DNA of 64,000 nucleotides from Octopus bimaculoides (taxonomy: Eukaryota). The stretch is from NCBI RefSeq assembly GCF_001194135.2, contig NC_068993.1:16524942-16588941 (forward strand), read 5' to 3'. This document shows positions 12,758-25,350 of the stretch, in pieces. Under the pieces are notes generated by a model. That model had not been told where the DNA came from. It did not search any database and saw nothing but the letters and a program-made list of their open reading frames with translations. A program made the position numbers and the translations under genes. The number at the start of each line of letters is the position of its first letter. Positions within the stretch are counted from its first letter, which is position 1.

Positions 12758-13010
12758 GCAAAGGGGGAAAAATGCCAAATCCTTAGTTCCAGTCAACGTG
12801 GCTTCAGTTTGCATGCTTGATTTGTTAACTGTTTTTTATATATATTTTTATTATCAATAATTCAACTGACCCTCTTGACTATTTGGCTTAATATTTCTGT
12901 AGGCAGTTTTTCCTTTTTTTTTTTTTTTACATTTCCTTTTTTTTTTTTTCACTTTCCTTTGTATCACACATCATATATTTCAGTATTTCACTCAGGATGT
13001 GAACACACAG

Positions 13011-13048
<38 letters not shown>

Positions 13049-14515
13049 ATACACACACACACAACCCTATACCCCAAATAGTAAAACGATAGACAAGTCG
13101 GAAAAATAACTATTGAGATTTAGGAAGATTGGTATGGATACATAATTGTATGCATATAAGATATTCATTATAACATTACACATGTGTATGTTGTCTGTGT
13201 GGAAAATTTTCTTCATATATATATATATATGTATGTATGATGTAAGTTTGTATGTGTGTGAGGTAAGCTAGGAATAAATGCCACTAAGCAAATCCTCCAA
13301 GGGTGTCTCTGCTCTCTCTCCCTCATTCGTTTTTTTTCTCTCTCTCTAACCCTAACCCTAACCCTTCATAATCAGTGCTTGTCTGCTTCACATAACATCT
13401 TCTACATCGTAGTCTGCAATCTATGTTAATATTTGATAATGTCTGTGACCTTGCCAAGTAATGGAGCGTCATCGCACTGCCAATCTCTGCTCAGTGGCAC
13501 ATACATTACTTTGTACATGATCAAAGCTTCTCTGCTTAGATTGCTATAAAACATTTTATAGTCACTCTCTTCAATGCATATATTCAATTGATTGGTTCTG
13601 AAGAGGCAGCAAGCAATCACACAAACAATGTCGCAAATCAGATAAACTATCAGAAAAAGAAAGGAAAACATGGGCGTGGGTATTGCTGTGTGGTTAAGAA
13701 GTTTATTTCACAGCCTTGTGATTGCAGATTTGATTACACTGTGTGGCATCTTGGGGAAAGTATCTTTTACTACATCCTTGGAATGACCATATATCATGAG
13801 TAGAATTTGGTGGAAAGCAACAGTGAGGAATCTCATTATATGTATCTAGCCTTCCATTCACCCATTCATAGATGTATGTGCATCTGTGTTTTTGTTTGTG
13901 TTTATTGGTATAATCTGGTGGTATTATGTAAAAAAAATGGTAACAGCCTTTTGGTAAATAGATATGAAAATACCTGGTATACCCTGCAAAGTGGTTGGCA
14001 TTAGGAAGGGCATCAAGCTGCAGAAACTATGCCAAAACCGACATTGGAGTTCGTCAGTCTGCTGACCTGTTGGATCCTCTCAAACTATCAAACCCACGCC
14101 AGCATGGAATACAGATGCTAAATGATGATAATGATAAATGAGATCATTAAAATAGTTATGATGAAATAGGATTAGAAGTGCTAAGCAGTGATGTGTACAA
14201 ATATAAATTTGTCCGGTTCAAATATGTGTCAAGCATATCTGAACTTGGTATCGGGTTCATGATGAAATAAGTATTGGGGTTAATATGATCAACTGAAAAT
14301 TCAAGGTAGTGTTGCAGCATAGCCACAATACAATGACTTAAAAAGAAAAGTATATATATATATATAGGTGAAGTATATTTGCCACTTAAATGCGGCTGAC
14401 CCCTAAGGGTGGATGTTACTGTTGCTTTTAGCCCAGGAGAACATCTCCTCCAGCAAAGAGGCAAATATACTTCACCTTGTCGTGCAGTTACTGTTAATAC
14501 CTCGTTCAGAGATTT

Positions 14516-14567
<52 letters not shown>

Positions 14568-14568
<1 letters not shown>

Positions 14569-14690
14569 GAGGTAGTATCAAAAGGTTCCCAGACTAGTTA
14601 TGCTTAATGAAAAATAATTTATTTACCTAAGTTTTAATGTCATCTCCTTTGAAATAGTCACCTTGCACAGCAATCCACTGATCCCAGCCA
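14568..14690 (+). mobile_element. Tc1/mariner-type terminal fragment in a (TA)n tract
   Basis: ta|cgaggtagtatcaaaaaggttcccagactag directly after (TA)n; CGAGG start is typical of mariner TIRs. Interrupted by a family B SINE at ~14690. Confidence 0.5.
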
Positions 14691-15877
14691 TATGGTTTCA
14701 GGATCAGTCCCACTGCATGGCACCTAGGACAAGTGTAATCTCTTATAGCCCTTGGTTAACCAAACCCTTGTGAGTGGATTTCATTGACAGAAACAGAGAA
14801 GCCTGTCTTGTTTGTGTGTGTGTGTTGCTGTGCCCCTGTCTCGACATCATGTGGTACATTATTTGCATTATTTACATTTGACGGATATTCGTCAAATATT
14901 TACATTATTTACATTTGACGAATATCCGTCAAATGTAAATAATGTAAATAATGTAAATAATTCCTCATCTCTTAAATATAGAACTGTATCATGTGGTAGT
15001 TGTAAATGTGTGTCACTGTCATGCAAGCAGTGTCCTTCATCTCCAATCTTCCATGAAGACATGGCTTAGCATGGGGGAATGTTACCTTACCTGGAAACAG
15101 GTGAGGGTTGGCAACAAGATGGGCATCAAGCCATAGAAAATCTGCCTCAACAAATTCTTCATAGGAAATTGATCATTAAAACAATGATGATGATGTTCGT
15201 GTTTAACTCCAGGTCATTTCTAACTGTGCACTCTCTGGCCAGTTACTTTTCTGCCTTTGTTTCTCTGTTTTTTCTTCCAGTTATGGCCATCACATCTTTT
15301 TTTTAGCCTTTGAATATTTGTGGGCATTTTTATCCAAAGTGTCTATCTGTTTCTGATACAGTAGGTTGTAATCTGAGGGGATTTGGCTGCTCGTATTATT
15401 AATTTATTTTTACACTAAACGAGGCAGGATCGACAACTATGTGGAAGTTCACTTGTTTCATAAAAAATATCCTGTAAAATCTATATATTTTCATATAATG
15501 AAAAATAAACTAGTTGATATTTTAATGAAAAAAAAAATACAAAACATGAAGTTAATAATCTAATTAAATTTTTAATTTTCAATAATTAATTTAAGAAATC
15601 TATAAATTAGTTGTGGCAATAAATAGTGCAGACGATATTATATGCCTCCCTCCCATGCTTCCTCCCTCCCTCACATGCCTTCTCCCCCTTTCTCCTGTTA
15701 GTGAAACAATAGCCATGCCAAAGCAAAACTAAGTTGAATAGGATTAAAAAGGTACACTCATTTGATCCTTAGTACGTGTTATTGTTTATCCTCTGATCAA
15801 GCAGACTTATTCTAGATGTGATCATCTCATCTTTTATTCAAACAATATATCTAAAATTATCTATATTATTCTATATA

Positions 15878-16035
15878 GGCGCAGGAGTGGCTGTGTGGTA
15901 AGTAGCTTATCAGCCACATGGCTCCGGGTTTAGTCCCACTGCGTGGCACCTTGGGCAAGTGTCTTCCACTATAGCCTCAGGGCAGCCAAAGCCTTGTGAG
16001 TGGATTTGGTAGACGGAAACTGAAAGAAGCCTGTC

Positions 16036-16072
<37 letters not shown>

Positions 16073-16287
16073 CGTGTGTGTATGTTTGTGTGTCTGTGTT
16101 TGTCCCCCCAACATCGCTTGACAACCAATGCTTGTGTGTTTACATCCCCGTAACTTAGCGGTTCGGCAAAAGAGACTGATAGAATAAGTACTAGGCTTCC
16201 AAAGAATAAGTCCTGGGGTCGATCTGCTCGGCTAAAGGTGGTGCTCCAGCATGGCCGCAGTCAAATGACTGAAACAAGTAAAAGAGT
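15878..16287 (+). mobile_element. Full-length tRNA-derived SINE family B
   Basis: Head ggcgcaggagtggctgtgtggtaag (A box) and gggtttagtccc (B box), internal (TA)n(TG)n, 3' ccagcatggccgcagtcaaatgactgaaacaagtaaaagag. Near-identical to 30640-31054 and 38284-38586. Confidence 0.9.
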
Positions 16288-18100
16288 ATCCATTGTATCA
16301 TTTCTTTTGTAGGAAAGTAGAGTTTGATTTGGGATAGATTAGGTTGTTATTTCTAGTAAGTAACTGCATAAAGGCTCCTTCATTGCCTTATCTTGCTAGT
16401 TGTATTGGTTATCTGCAGCGTTGCACGTTCTTGATCACTAAGACATTACTGCACTGTTCCTTGCTTATAATACTTCCCAAGAACACAACTGCTGAAGAGA
16501 AGCTATCAGTGGAAGATGTTTAACAACCATTCTAAGTTTCATGTCTAGAAAAAAACAAAAAAAAAACTGTCATTTAGCAATCATCAAATGGATTTGAAAA
16601 TTAAGAACCATCATTTTAAATCCATCTTATGATTGCTAGGATTAACACTACAGGAGCCTGTACTGTAAACTATTACATAATTATCTTCTTGCGACTTTGG
16701 TCTGTGACTGGTTATTCTCTCATCGGACACTAATATATTCCAGTTAGTTTTCTCATGATTGGTACCAGTATGAGGAATTTTCTAGCTGGCAACTTTGTCC
16801 TTAGTTTTTTTTTTCCTCAGTTTCTTAATTTGAATTAAGACAACATATTTGGAGCCTGGAGCTTATCAATTATATTCACACTAGTACTTCACTTGTTTGT
16901 ACTCTATTGACCCTGGGTGAATGAAAGGCACAAAGTTGACCTCAGCTGGATTTGAACTTAGAATCTAAAAGGTTGTGATTATATAGTGCAAAGCTTTTTG
17001 TTGGGTACTCTTAACATGTCTGCTTATCTACTTCTTTGCAAGAAACAAATAATACAAACCAATAAGGGTGCTCCTACATAGTTACTCAACCTGCTAGAAG
17101 TAGCAGTCAAAACACTATTAAACTAAATTCTACCACCTTTAAAAAGGCCACAATTGATAATGTTGTCCAATGTTCATTATTCTTGTCTAAAAAGTGGAAT
17201 GGTCATGGCTTAAAACATTACCGTTTTAAGAAGACATACATGGGTTAATGTATTCCAAGTGTATTAAATTATTGAATATAAAGTGGGAGGAACCAGCATG
17301 TGAGTTTCTGCATTCTGTTTGACTTGCTAGAAATTTCTCACTGCTGAGTTTAACTCCTATAAGAATAGTTTTAGAGATTCACGGCTTCTGGTAAGCCAAG
17401 TTACCATAGTTATAGAGTACATAAGGTTAAAGTATTAATTGGTGCCCAAATAACTCTAGCACTTTTACTACTTCTTTTGTCTGCATTTACTCTCAAGAGG
17501 GCATCTATGTGGTCTCATTTGTTGCTACAAATAACAACTAATTATCCTTCAAATTTCACTGTGCTTTAGCACAGGTAAGACAAGAAGACACAGAGTTATC
17601 TATGGGCTTGGAGTGTTTGTTGTTTAGCCCTAGGTGAGTCATAAACAAACAGTCCTATCATCAAATCATTCCAGTCATGACTATCCCAACTTATTTTCAG
17701 ACTAAATGTATCTAAGGCTACAATATCTAATGTGTTTATTATTTTTTTTTTTTGATATTGAAGGTTATGATTTGTAGCTGTTATTTCTTGTAGGTTAAAA
17801 AACTTTATAGGATTCTAGCAGGTGTGAGTGTATATGCAACAGTTGCATTGTCACTATATACCAAATATATGTTCATATAAGGTAGTATCTCAGCATTGTT
17901 GCTATTAAATGACCGAAGCCAGTAAAAGAATAAAAGAATACACTACTAATATTAGCATATGTTTGACTTCATAAACAAGCAATGACTGTTTAAAATCAAC
18001 CTGCTGTAAATGGTAATAAGACCTCTTTCGAATCATACCTTACTGTCTTAAAATAAGGTAGGACATATTGCATTGTGTAGTTCAAGATGAATTATACCTT

Positions 18101-18187
18101 CTTTATAAAGGTGATGAATTGGCTTTATAAAGGTGATGAATTGGCTTTATAAGGTGATGAATTGGCTTTGTAAAGGTGATGAATTGG
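18101..18187. repeat. 22-bp minisatellite, 4 copies (ctttataaaggtgatgaattgg)
   Basis: Copies at 18101, 18123, 18145 (1-nt deletion) and 18166 (one substitution). Confidence 0.95.
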
Positions 18188-18734
18188 CTGAGTTGTCAAG
18201 GCATTGGATAGAATACCTTGTGGTGTTTGTTCCAGCTCTCTACTTTTTGTGTTCAAGTTCTGCCAAGGCCAATTTTTCCATTCAACCCTTTCAAGGCTGA
18301 TAAAATAAAGTAACAGTCAAGTTTTGGAGTTGATTTCTCCTCTCTCCATTTTCCTTTCCTCTCTCTCTCTCTCTCTCTCGAAATTGGCTACTTGAGGACA
18401 TACTGGATAATGTCCTCAATCTGAGACAAAAGATGGGATAGTCATGGCTGGAATGTCTTTCATCATAGATCTACTCTAGCAAGACTGAGCCCAGATGTAT
18501 TTTCCAGCTCCCAAAGGTAAAATACAAACTGTGAAGCAATCCTGCTGTGACTGCCATAGCTACATTTCTTACTAATATTTATTATGGATGTGATTGTTAT
18601 TGTTTAACATTTCGTCAACTCAGATTGCATTCCATTCATGACCATCTCATCTTGGCATCATATATCTACAACTATGATATATTCTTAAAGATCATCTTTT
18701 ATTAAGTTGCTGGATTTAATGTTTTGGGGCATTT

Positions 18735-19085
18735 TGTCTGTCCTTAGATTTTGAGTTTAAATTCCACCGAGCATGACTTTTGCCTTTCATTTTTCAGAGT
18801 CAATGAAATAAGTTCCAGTTGAGCACTGGGGTCGATGTAATTGACAAGCCCCTGCCCCCAATGGTTGAGGCCTTGTGCCTATAGTAGAAAGGATTAGGTA
18901 GTTGGATGGGACTTGAGGGAAATTGCTGCTATGTCTAGCTGTTATGGCAGCAGCAAATTGGCAATTAGATAGAATGGATGTATTGTGGTATTTATTTTGG
19001 CTGTGTGTTTTGAGTTCAAATTTGCTGGGATTAACTTTGCCTTTCATCCTTTCAAGGGTTGATAAAGTACCATTTCAGTTAGGTG
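18735..19085 (+). mobile_element. Tandem pair of SINE family F copies
   Basis: Two successive gagtt(t/c)aaatt...actttgcctttcat...(c)cagtt cores; first ends ccttgtgcctatagtagaaaggatta. Confidence 0.75.
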
Positions 19086-20175
19086 TGGGGGACGGAGTGT
19101 TAGAGCATTGGACGAGAAGCATTGCACTATATATTGCAGTTTGTTATGTTCTGAGTTCACATTTCACCTTATTTACTGATAGCCAGGGCTAATGAATTGA
19201 CCATGAGAGCACCTTATGGAACCCACAATTGGCCAGCATGCACAGATAGACCTAAAACCAGCATAGATAAGCTGGCAATGACATGATGAGGCTTTCATTC
19301 AGCAACAAATTAACAATAGCTGTAAAATAATATCTAACAAGTCATGTGACCATGTAGATTGCTTGTTGGTTCTTTATTGTTGTTTAACCTCAGATCAGAC
19401 CTTGATCAAGTACATTTATGGTCAAAAACAAGTCAACTCTGCATGACCATCTTGTTTTTTATATTTTATTTTTTCCTTGCTTATGTGTAGTTCTCATGAG
19501 TACATTTTCAAATGTGCCCTTTCTTTTCATTAAGGCTGTAGGGAGCAGCTTGAGGGAATATTTGGTTGCTATTTCTAGCAGATTCAGTGACTATGCAGAT
19601 GCTCCTTTGCAGGCTTTTGCTGAATGTCATATCTTAAATTTCTAGCCTCACCCATTACAATCAAAGACTTCATGTTTAAGTAACTAATTCTTACAACTGG
19701 TTTATTGTTATGTCACGTCATTGTTGCTTTTGTTGTCACTGATATTATTGTTACTATATCATCATTGCTATTGTTGTTGTTCGTCATATTGTCATCATTG
19801 TTGGTTGTTGAGCCATCTTTTTTTTTTTTTCATTGTTGTTGTCAATGATGATATGTTAATACTTGTAATAGTAGTAGTAATAGTTGTTGGTATGTCACTG
19901 TTGTAGCTATTGCTTGGTAGCTTTCGGTAAATTTGAAAGTGATAATAATTTGTCACTGACAGACAGTATTCCAATTAAATACCATTTGAGTTTGTCTCAT
20001 GTTAACAGTAAATCCTCATTCAACTGACATTTCTTATATGACGTGAATACTTTTCATTTACGCTACTACTCTCTTTAATTGAACAAAACTATTTCCCCCC
20101 TCTCCCCCTTGCTTGCTCACCATGTATCCTGCTCTTTTTTATTTTATTCATGCATTTAAACATGTGTGAAGCAAA

Positions 20176-20209
<34 letters not shown>

Positions 20210-20916
20210 CACATATACACATATATATATGCACACACGCATATACATATTAATATATGCATACATATACACACACACACACATATATATGCACATGTAC
20301 ACACATATATGCATACATATATATGATGATTGCTGCTGCTTTTCAGAATATTGTCATACTGCATATATGTAGTTATATATATATATATATNNNNNNNNNN
20401 NNNNNNNNNNNNNNNNNNNNNNNNNNNNNNNNNNNNNNNNNNNNNNNNNNNNNNNNNNNNNNNNNNNNNNNNNNNNNNNNNNNNNNNNNNNNNNNNNNNN
20501 NNNNNNNNNNNNNNNNNNNNNNNNNNNNNNNNNNNNNNNNNNNNNNNNNNNNNNNNNNNNNNNNNNNNNNNNNNNNNNNNNNNNNNNNNNNNNNNNNNNN
20601 NNNNNNNNNNNNNNNNNNNNNNNNNNNNNNNNNNNNNNNNNNNNNNNNNNNNNNNNNNNNNNNNNNNNNNNNNNNNNNNNNNNNNNNNNNNNNNNNNNNN
20701 NNNNNNNNNNNNNNNNNNNNNNNNNNNNNNNNNNNNNNNNNNNNNNNNNNNNNNNNNNNNNNNNNNNNNNNNNNNNNNNNNNNNNNNNNNNNNNNNNNNN
20801 NNNNNNNNNNNNNNNNNNNNNNNNNNNNNNNNNNNNNNNNNNNNNNNNNNNNNNNNNNNNNNNNNNNNNNNNNNNNNNNNNNNNNNNNNNNNNNNNNNNN
20901 NNNNNNNNNNNNNNNN

Positions 20917-20972
<56 letters not shown>

Positions 20973-21473
20973 TTTTACATACATGATATTTATAATTTTC
21001 AAGAAAAAGAGAAGTTTTCCCCAAAGTCATTTGCAATATAAGTGAATCAGTTCAAACAGACTTATAAATTTGGTTTGCCAAGAATTTATCAATTCGGTAT
21101 GTCCACTCCCCCCACTCTCTCTGTATATTTATAACGTGTTTTCTCCGAGTATGTGGGTGCATTGTTGATAAATTCCTGGCAAACCAAATTTGTGAATCTG
21201 TTAGAACTTGTAGCCTGAATATTACAAACCACTTCAGGGAAAAGGCTTGATTATCCATCATTATTGTCCTTCAGCATTGCCTCTATAAAAATGTGTTTGT
21301 GTATTGTTTATGTCCCTAACTATTCCTTTCCTAGTACCATAAAACAAATCTATCAAACACTTTGATACCCTTATTTATACCAAGTTTGTTTGCTTGGTGA
21401 AGAAATTTCTAGTTGGTTACTCCAGCTGCTAGAAATATCAACCAAATCTCTCATTTCAAACCACACATTATCT

Positions 21474-21701
21474 TTAATTGATAACAGTGTGATTAAATAA
21501 GCATCATATTTGATAAAGTAATCTGAATACTAAAGGATTAATCATGCATTTTCTCATAGCTTTGAGATTTTGATGATGTGATTGCATATTTTTAGAATGA
21601 CATTCTAGGATAGGTATTAGGGGCTGAAACTGGCTGGTTTGAACATAAAACAGATAGGATATTTGAGCTGGATATGACCAGTTTAAATGCTAAAGGGTTA
21701 A
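21474..21701. mobile_element. piggyBac-like (TTAA) MITE, left end apparently inverted
   Basis: Ends aaatgctaaagggTTAA (21698-21701), with a second same-orientation terminus aatactaaaggaTTAA at 21538-21541 and TTAA at 21474-21477. Confidence 0.6.
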
Positions 21702-21750
21702 AAAAAAAAAAAGGCTGTCACAGCTGACACACCTTTCATTCATCAAAACT

Positions 21751-22133
21751 GTTGTTGGCACTCCATCGCTTATGACGTCGAGGGTCCCAGTTGATCCGAT
21801 CAACGGAACAGCCTGCTCGTGAAATTAACGTGCAAGTGGCTGAACACTCCCCAGACACGTGTACCCTTAACGTAGTTCTCGGGAATATTCACCGTGACAC
21901 AGTGTGACAAGGCTGGCTCTGATGAATTACAGGTACAACAGAAACAGGAAGTAAGAGTGAGAGAAAGTTGTGGTGAAAGAATACATGGGTTCGCTATCAA
22001 CTCCTGCCGGAGCCTCGTGAGGCTTTAGGTGTTTTCGCTCAATAAACACTCACAACGCCTGGTCTGGGAATCGAAACCGCGATCCTATGACCGCGAGTCC
22101 GCTGCCCTAACCACTGGGCCATTGTGCCTTCAC
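21751..22133 (-). mobile_element. Full-length tRNA-derived SINE family C with 12-bp target-site duplication
   Basis: Minus head gtgaaggcacaatggcccagtggttagggcagcggactcgcggtcataggatcgcggtttcgattcccag, caacaac tail, perfect TSD ttcatcaaaact at 21739-21750 and 22134-22145. CpGs retained, so probably young. Confidence 0.9.
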
Positions 22134-25062
22134 TTCATCAAAACTAAACTGGGACTAAACCACAAATCCCAATATTTTGTCATCTATTACTAAGTATCAT
22201 TTTAAATATTCTTCCTTTTTAGTTTTCTATTTTGCTCGTTAAACTAACAATGTATACATTAAAAAAAAATTCATCTCATGTACAACACTTTATGCTTACT
22301 TAGTGACTTTCTCTTATCAGTACCAGTTAAGGCATCTGAAACATGTCCAAAGATATAGTTCTATACTTCTGAGATGTAACCAATACTTTCAGAAGTGATT
22401 AAAATAATATCAGCCTTTAAGCTCATGTTTTTTTCATCACTACATGATTAAAGTTTTTGTTGCGCTCTGTTAACACTAATTTTATTATTATACACAAAAT
22501 ATAACTTAGTGAAAATGCTTCAGGGGTATGTTTTGCATACTAAATAGACAGTAAGATCTCAGATTATTAGTGTGGTATGTAGATTAAAGCTCTCCACTAC
22601 ATATAACATATAAAAATACAAGTAAGGGAAATAAATTGAGCAAAATTATTTGAAATTTTTTGAAAATAAAGATGATGATGTTGGAATTGGCTCTTGTCAT
22701 TAAAGTCAGCTGTTGAAAGCATCAGGTGTGTTTTGATTGTATTTGATCATCTCAGGAAAGCATATTGTACTTAGAATATAGAGAAATAAACCAAAAATAG
22801 TGATATTGATTAGTATACAATCATCTTAGAGTCTCAAACACTGAGGAAGACACATTGAATAATCTAGTTCTGATGTACATCATACTTCTTTAAAAAAAAA
22901 ATGGGGATGATCAGGACTGGATTTCCTTTGATCATAGAGGTCTGCTGGATGAGGTTTCACTTGGGGCAACAACAACTCAGAATAATGAACTCCATATATG
23001 GAAAACTGTTGTGAAAAGATCCTAACCACCCCCACATGACCAAAAGTGGACTGATGCATTTCAATAAAGTAAAGAAACTGTGTGAACTGTCAGCAGTTGA
23101 TGGTGATGATTGTCCATATTGGATTACTGTGTTAGTTTAATATCATACTTACGTTTAGCATAGTACAGAACATGTTCTGTGTGAACATAATAATTCTGTG
23201 AAAGGTTATTCTAGATAACCATATCCAAATATTTATATGGGTGATACTATTCCTACACCCTTGTGCAAATCACAAAGGCATTATAACATTATTGGCGATG
23301 AGATATTCAAACCTGAAGACAAAACAAAAACAAAAAAAAGATAATTTAGAAGAGAAAAAAAATTAGTGCAAGAAGTAAAGGAGGAAAACACCAGACTCAT
23401 TTCAGTATTATTAGATCTCATCAGCAGGCAAAGTCTAACGAGATTAGAGAGATATAGGTTTGCCAGGAGTGAACACTGCGTGGTATAGTAACTTCATAAA
23501 ATATGTGGGAAAGTGCTCAGGGACTCCTGCAGATAAAAACTTAACAGTAAAGTAGATACGAGCATTACTTCACTGAATAAACCAAGGAATTTTAATTCAT
23601 TAAAATTTCACCCTTTGTGATGAGAATTTGGTTAGTTCTGTGTCTGTGACTTAAGTCTACATCACACAGCTGACTACACAGCTGTCTACAGCTATTTAAT
23701 TACAACTACATTTCACCAATTTTATTTTTCCTTGATGGTGTTTAAATGGTTTAAATTAAATAGAATTTCCAAAATTGCTACTGTTCAGTAGTCAACCAGA
23801 GGATTAACTGATTAACCATTTCAAGAAATTTAGCAATGATCATTAATCAACTAATGTGGCAGCAACCAATTTATTTCAAACTCATTTATTTTTCTTATTT
23901 TTTCAGTATTTAAAAACTAAAATGTTGTTGTTGTTGTTGTTATTATTTGATATAAACTAAATGTCAGTTTGGCTTGGTTAAGCAGACGAAGCTAGTTCAG
24001 TCCCAGTTGTCAGATAGAATTCCCCTTTGAATCATTTGGCTTGTGTTTCCACTATTAGAGCAGAACTGAATGTAAAACATAAAACTACAATGTTTTATCC
24101 CTATATTATTGAAATAGTGGTTGAAAAAAGAAAAAGTTTTGGGTCTCAGAAAATATTCTCTAGGCATTTTGTGTGAAGATCATAATATGGATATCAACTT
24201 ATCTTGACCTTAAGAAGTAGAGAAGAGTGAGGTTATTTTTTGGAAGGAGAAAGAACTTTTCTGGGTATCTAATAGAGTTGAATTCATTGAAAAGATATTA
24301 GGTGTCCTTCTGGGATTGAAGAATGAAAGGAGCCATCATGGTAGCAAACAATGATGATAGCTCTATATATGAATTTGTGTGTGTGTGAATAAGTGTCTGT
24401 GTGAGAGAGGATAGGGAGGGGATTGCTATGTTTGTTTTTGTTATTTTGACTTAAAAAAAAATTTTTTAATGTATATTGTTTCTGTGTTCTTCAGGGCAAT
24501 GAAATTTTGATTTGCATAATGGAGTAAATATTATTCAAATAATCTGAAATGAGATACACAATAACTGAATTGTTCCTTATGTATATCTTCCTTGATTTTG
24601 GAATTTTACTTGGAATGTGAGTTGTTCATGGATATTTTACTAAAAGAGCAAGTTACCCTGGGAAGAGAGTAACCACCAGTAACTAAAAGGGTGTGACTAT
24701 GTATATTCAAGACACAATAATAGGCTGTTGATTTTTCTGAATAGAGTAGATAAATTGGTATTAATGCTTTATTTGGACCTCACACAGAGGGGTGTGAATC
24801 TACTATATGAGATTGTAGATGTAAGTTTTGTGGCATAAAGCTAGCAGTTTGGAAAGCAATATTTTGAGGATGGCCATATTGTTTTTTCTGAAGCTGTTAG
24901 TTGTTCTACACTAAAGATGGTTGTATAAAAGACTCAGTCCTTAAAAGACAGCTAAGAGCAGTGGTTTTGTTGATTTTTTTGAGATTGTGTTGCTCTAGGC
25001 AAATGTTTTGTACTATAGTCCTAGGATGACCAAAGTAGGTTTGGTTGATAGAAACTGAAATT

Positions 25063-25350
25063 GGGTGCATGGCTAAGTGGTTAGGGTGTTGTACTCGTGA
25101 TCTAGTGATCATGATTTCAATTCCCAAACTGGATGGTGCATTGTGTTCTTGAGCAAAACACTTCACTCACGTTGCTCTGTGGTCATTTTGACACCTGATG
25201 TTTGGTACATTGTGCATCTGTTCAGACAACATCGATTTGATGGAGAGAATGAGCTAATGTGTGGCAGAAACACTTGATCACTATAAACAAATCATTTGTG
25301 CTGGTTGTTTGGCAAAAGCTGAATGCTCCTGCATCACCTTTGACGGGAGG
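25063..25350 (+). mobile_element. tRNA-derived SINE (family E)
   Basis: Head gggtgcatggctaagtggttagggtgttgtactcgtgatctagtgatcatgatttcaattccc, then cttgagcaaaacacttc shared with the C/D heads. Confidence 0.7.

Noticed and set aside
13346-13365. (CCCTAA)3 telomere-like repeat
   Set aside because: Only about three units at the end of a CT tract; too short to call an interstitial telomere.
21919-21950. ctgatga...gaaac inside SINE family C
   Set aside because: No helix I or II pairing; the homologous site in the 37678 copy lacks the motif.
23390-23430. Minus-strand ctgatgag...gaaatgagtc hammerhead-like string
   Set aside because: Helix II has only two pairs and helix I does not form; expected by chance.
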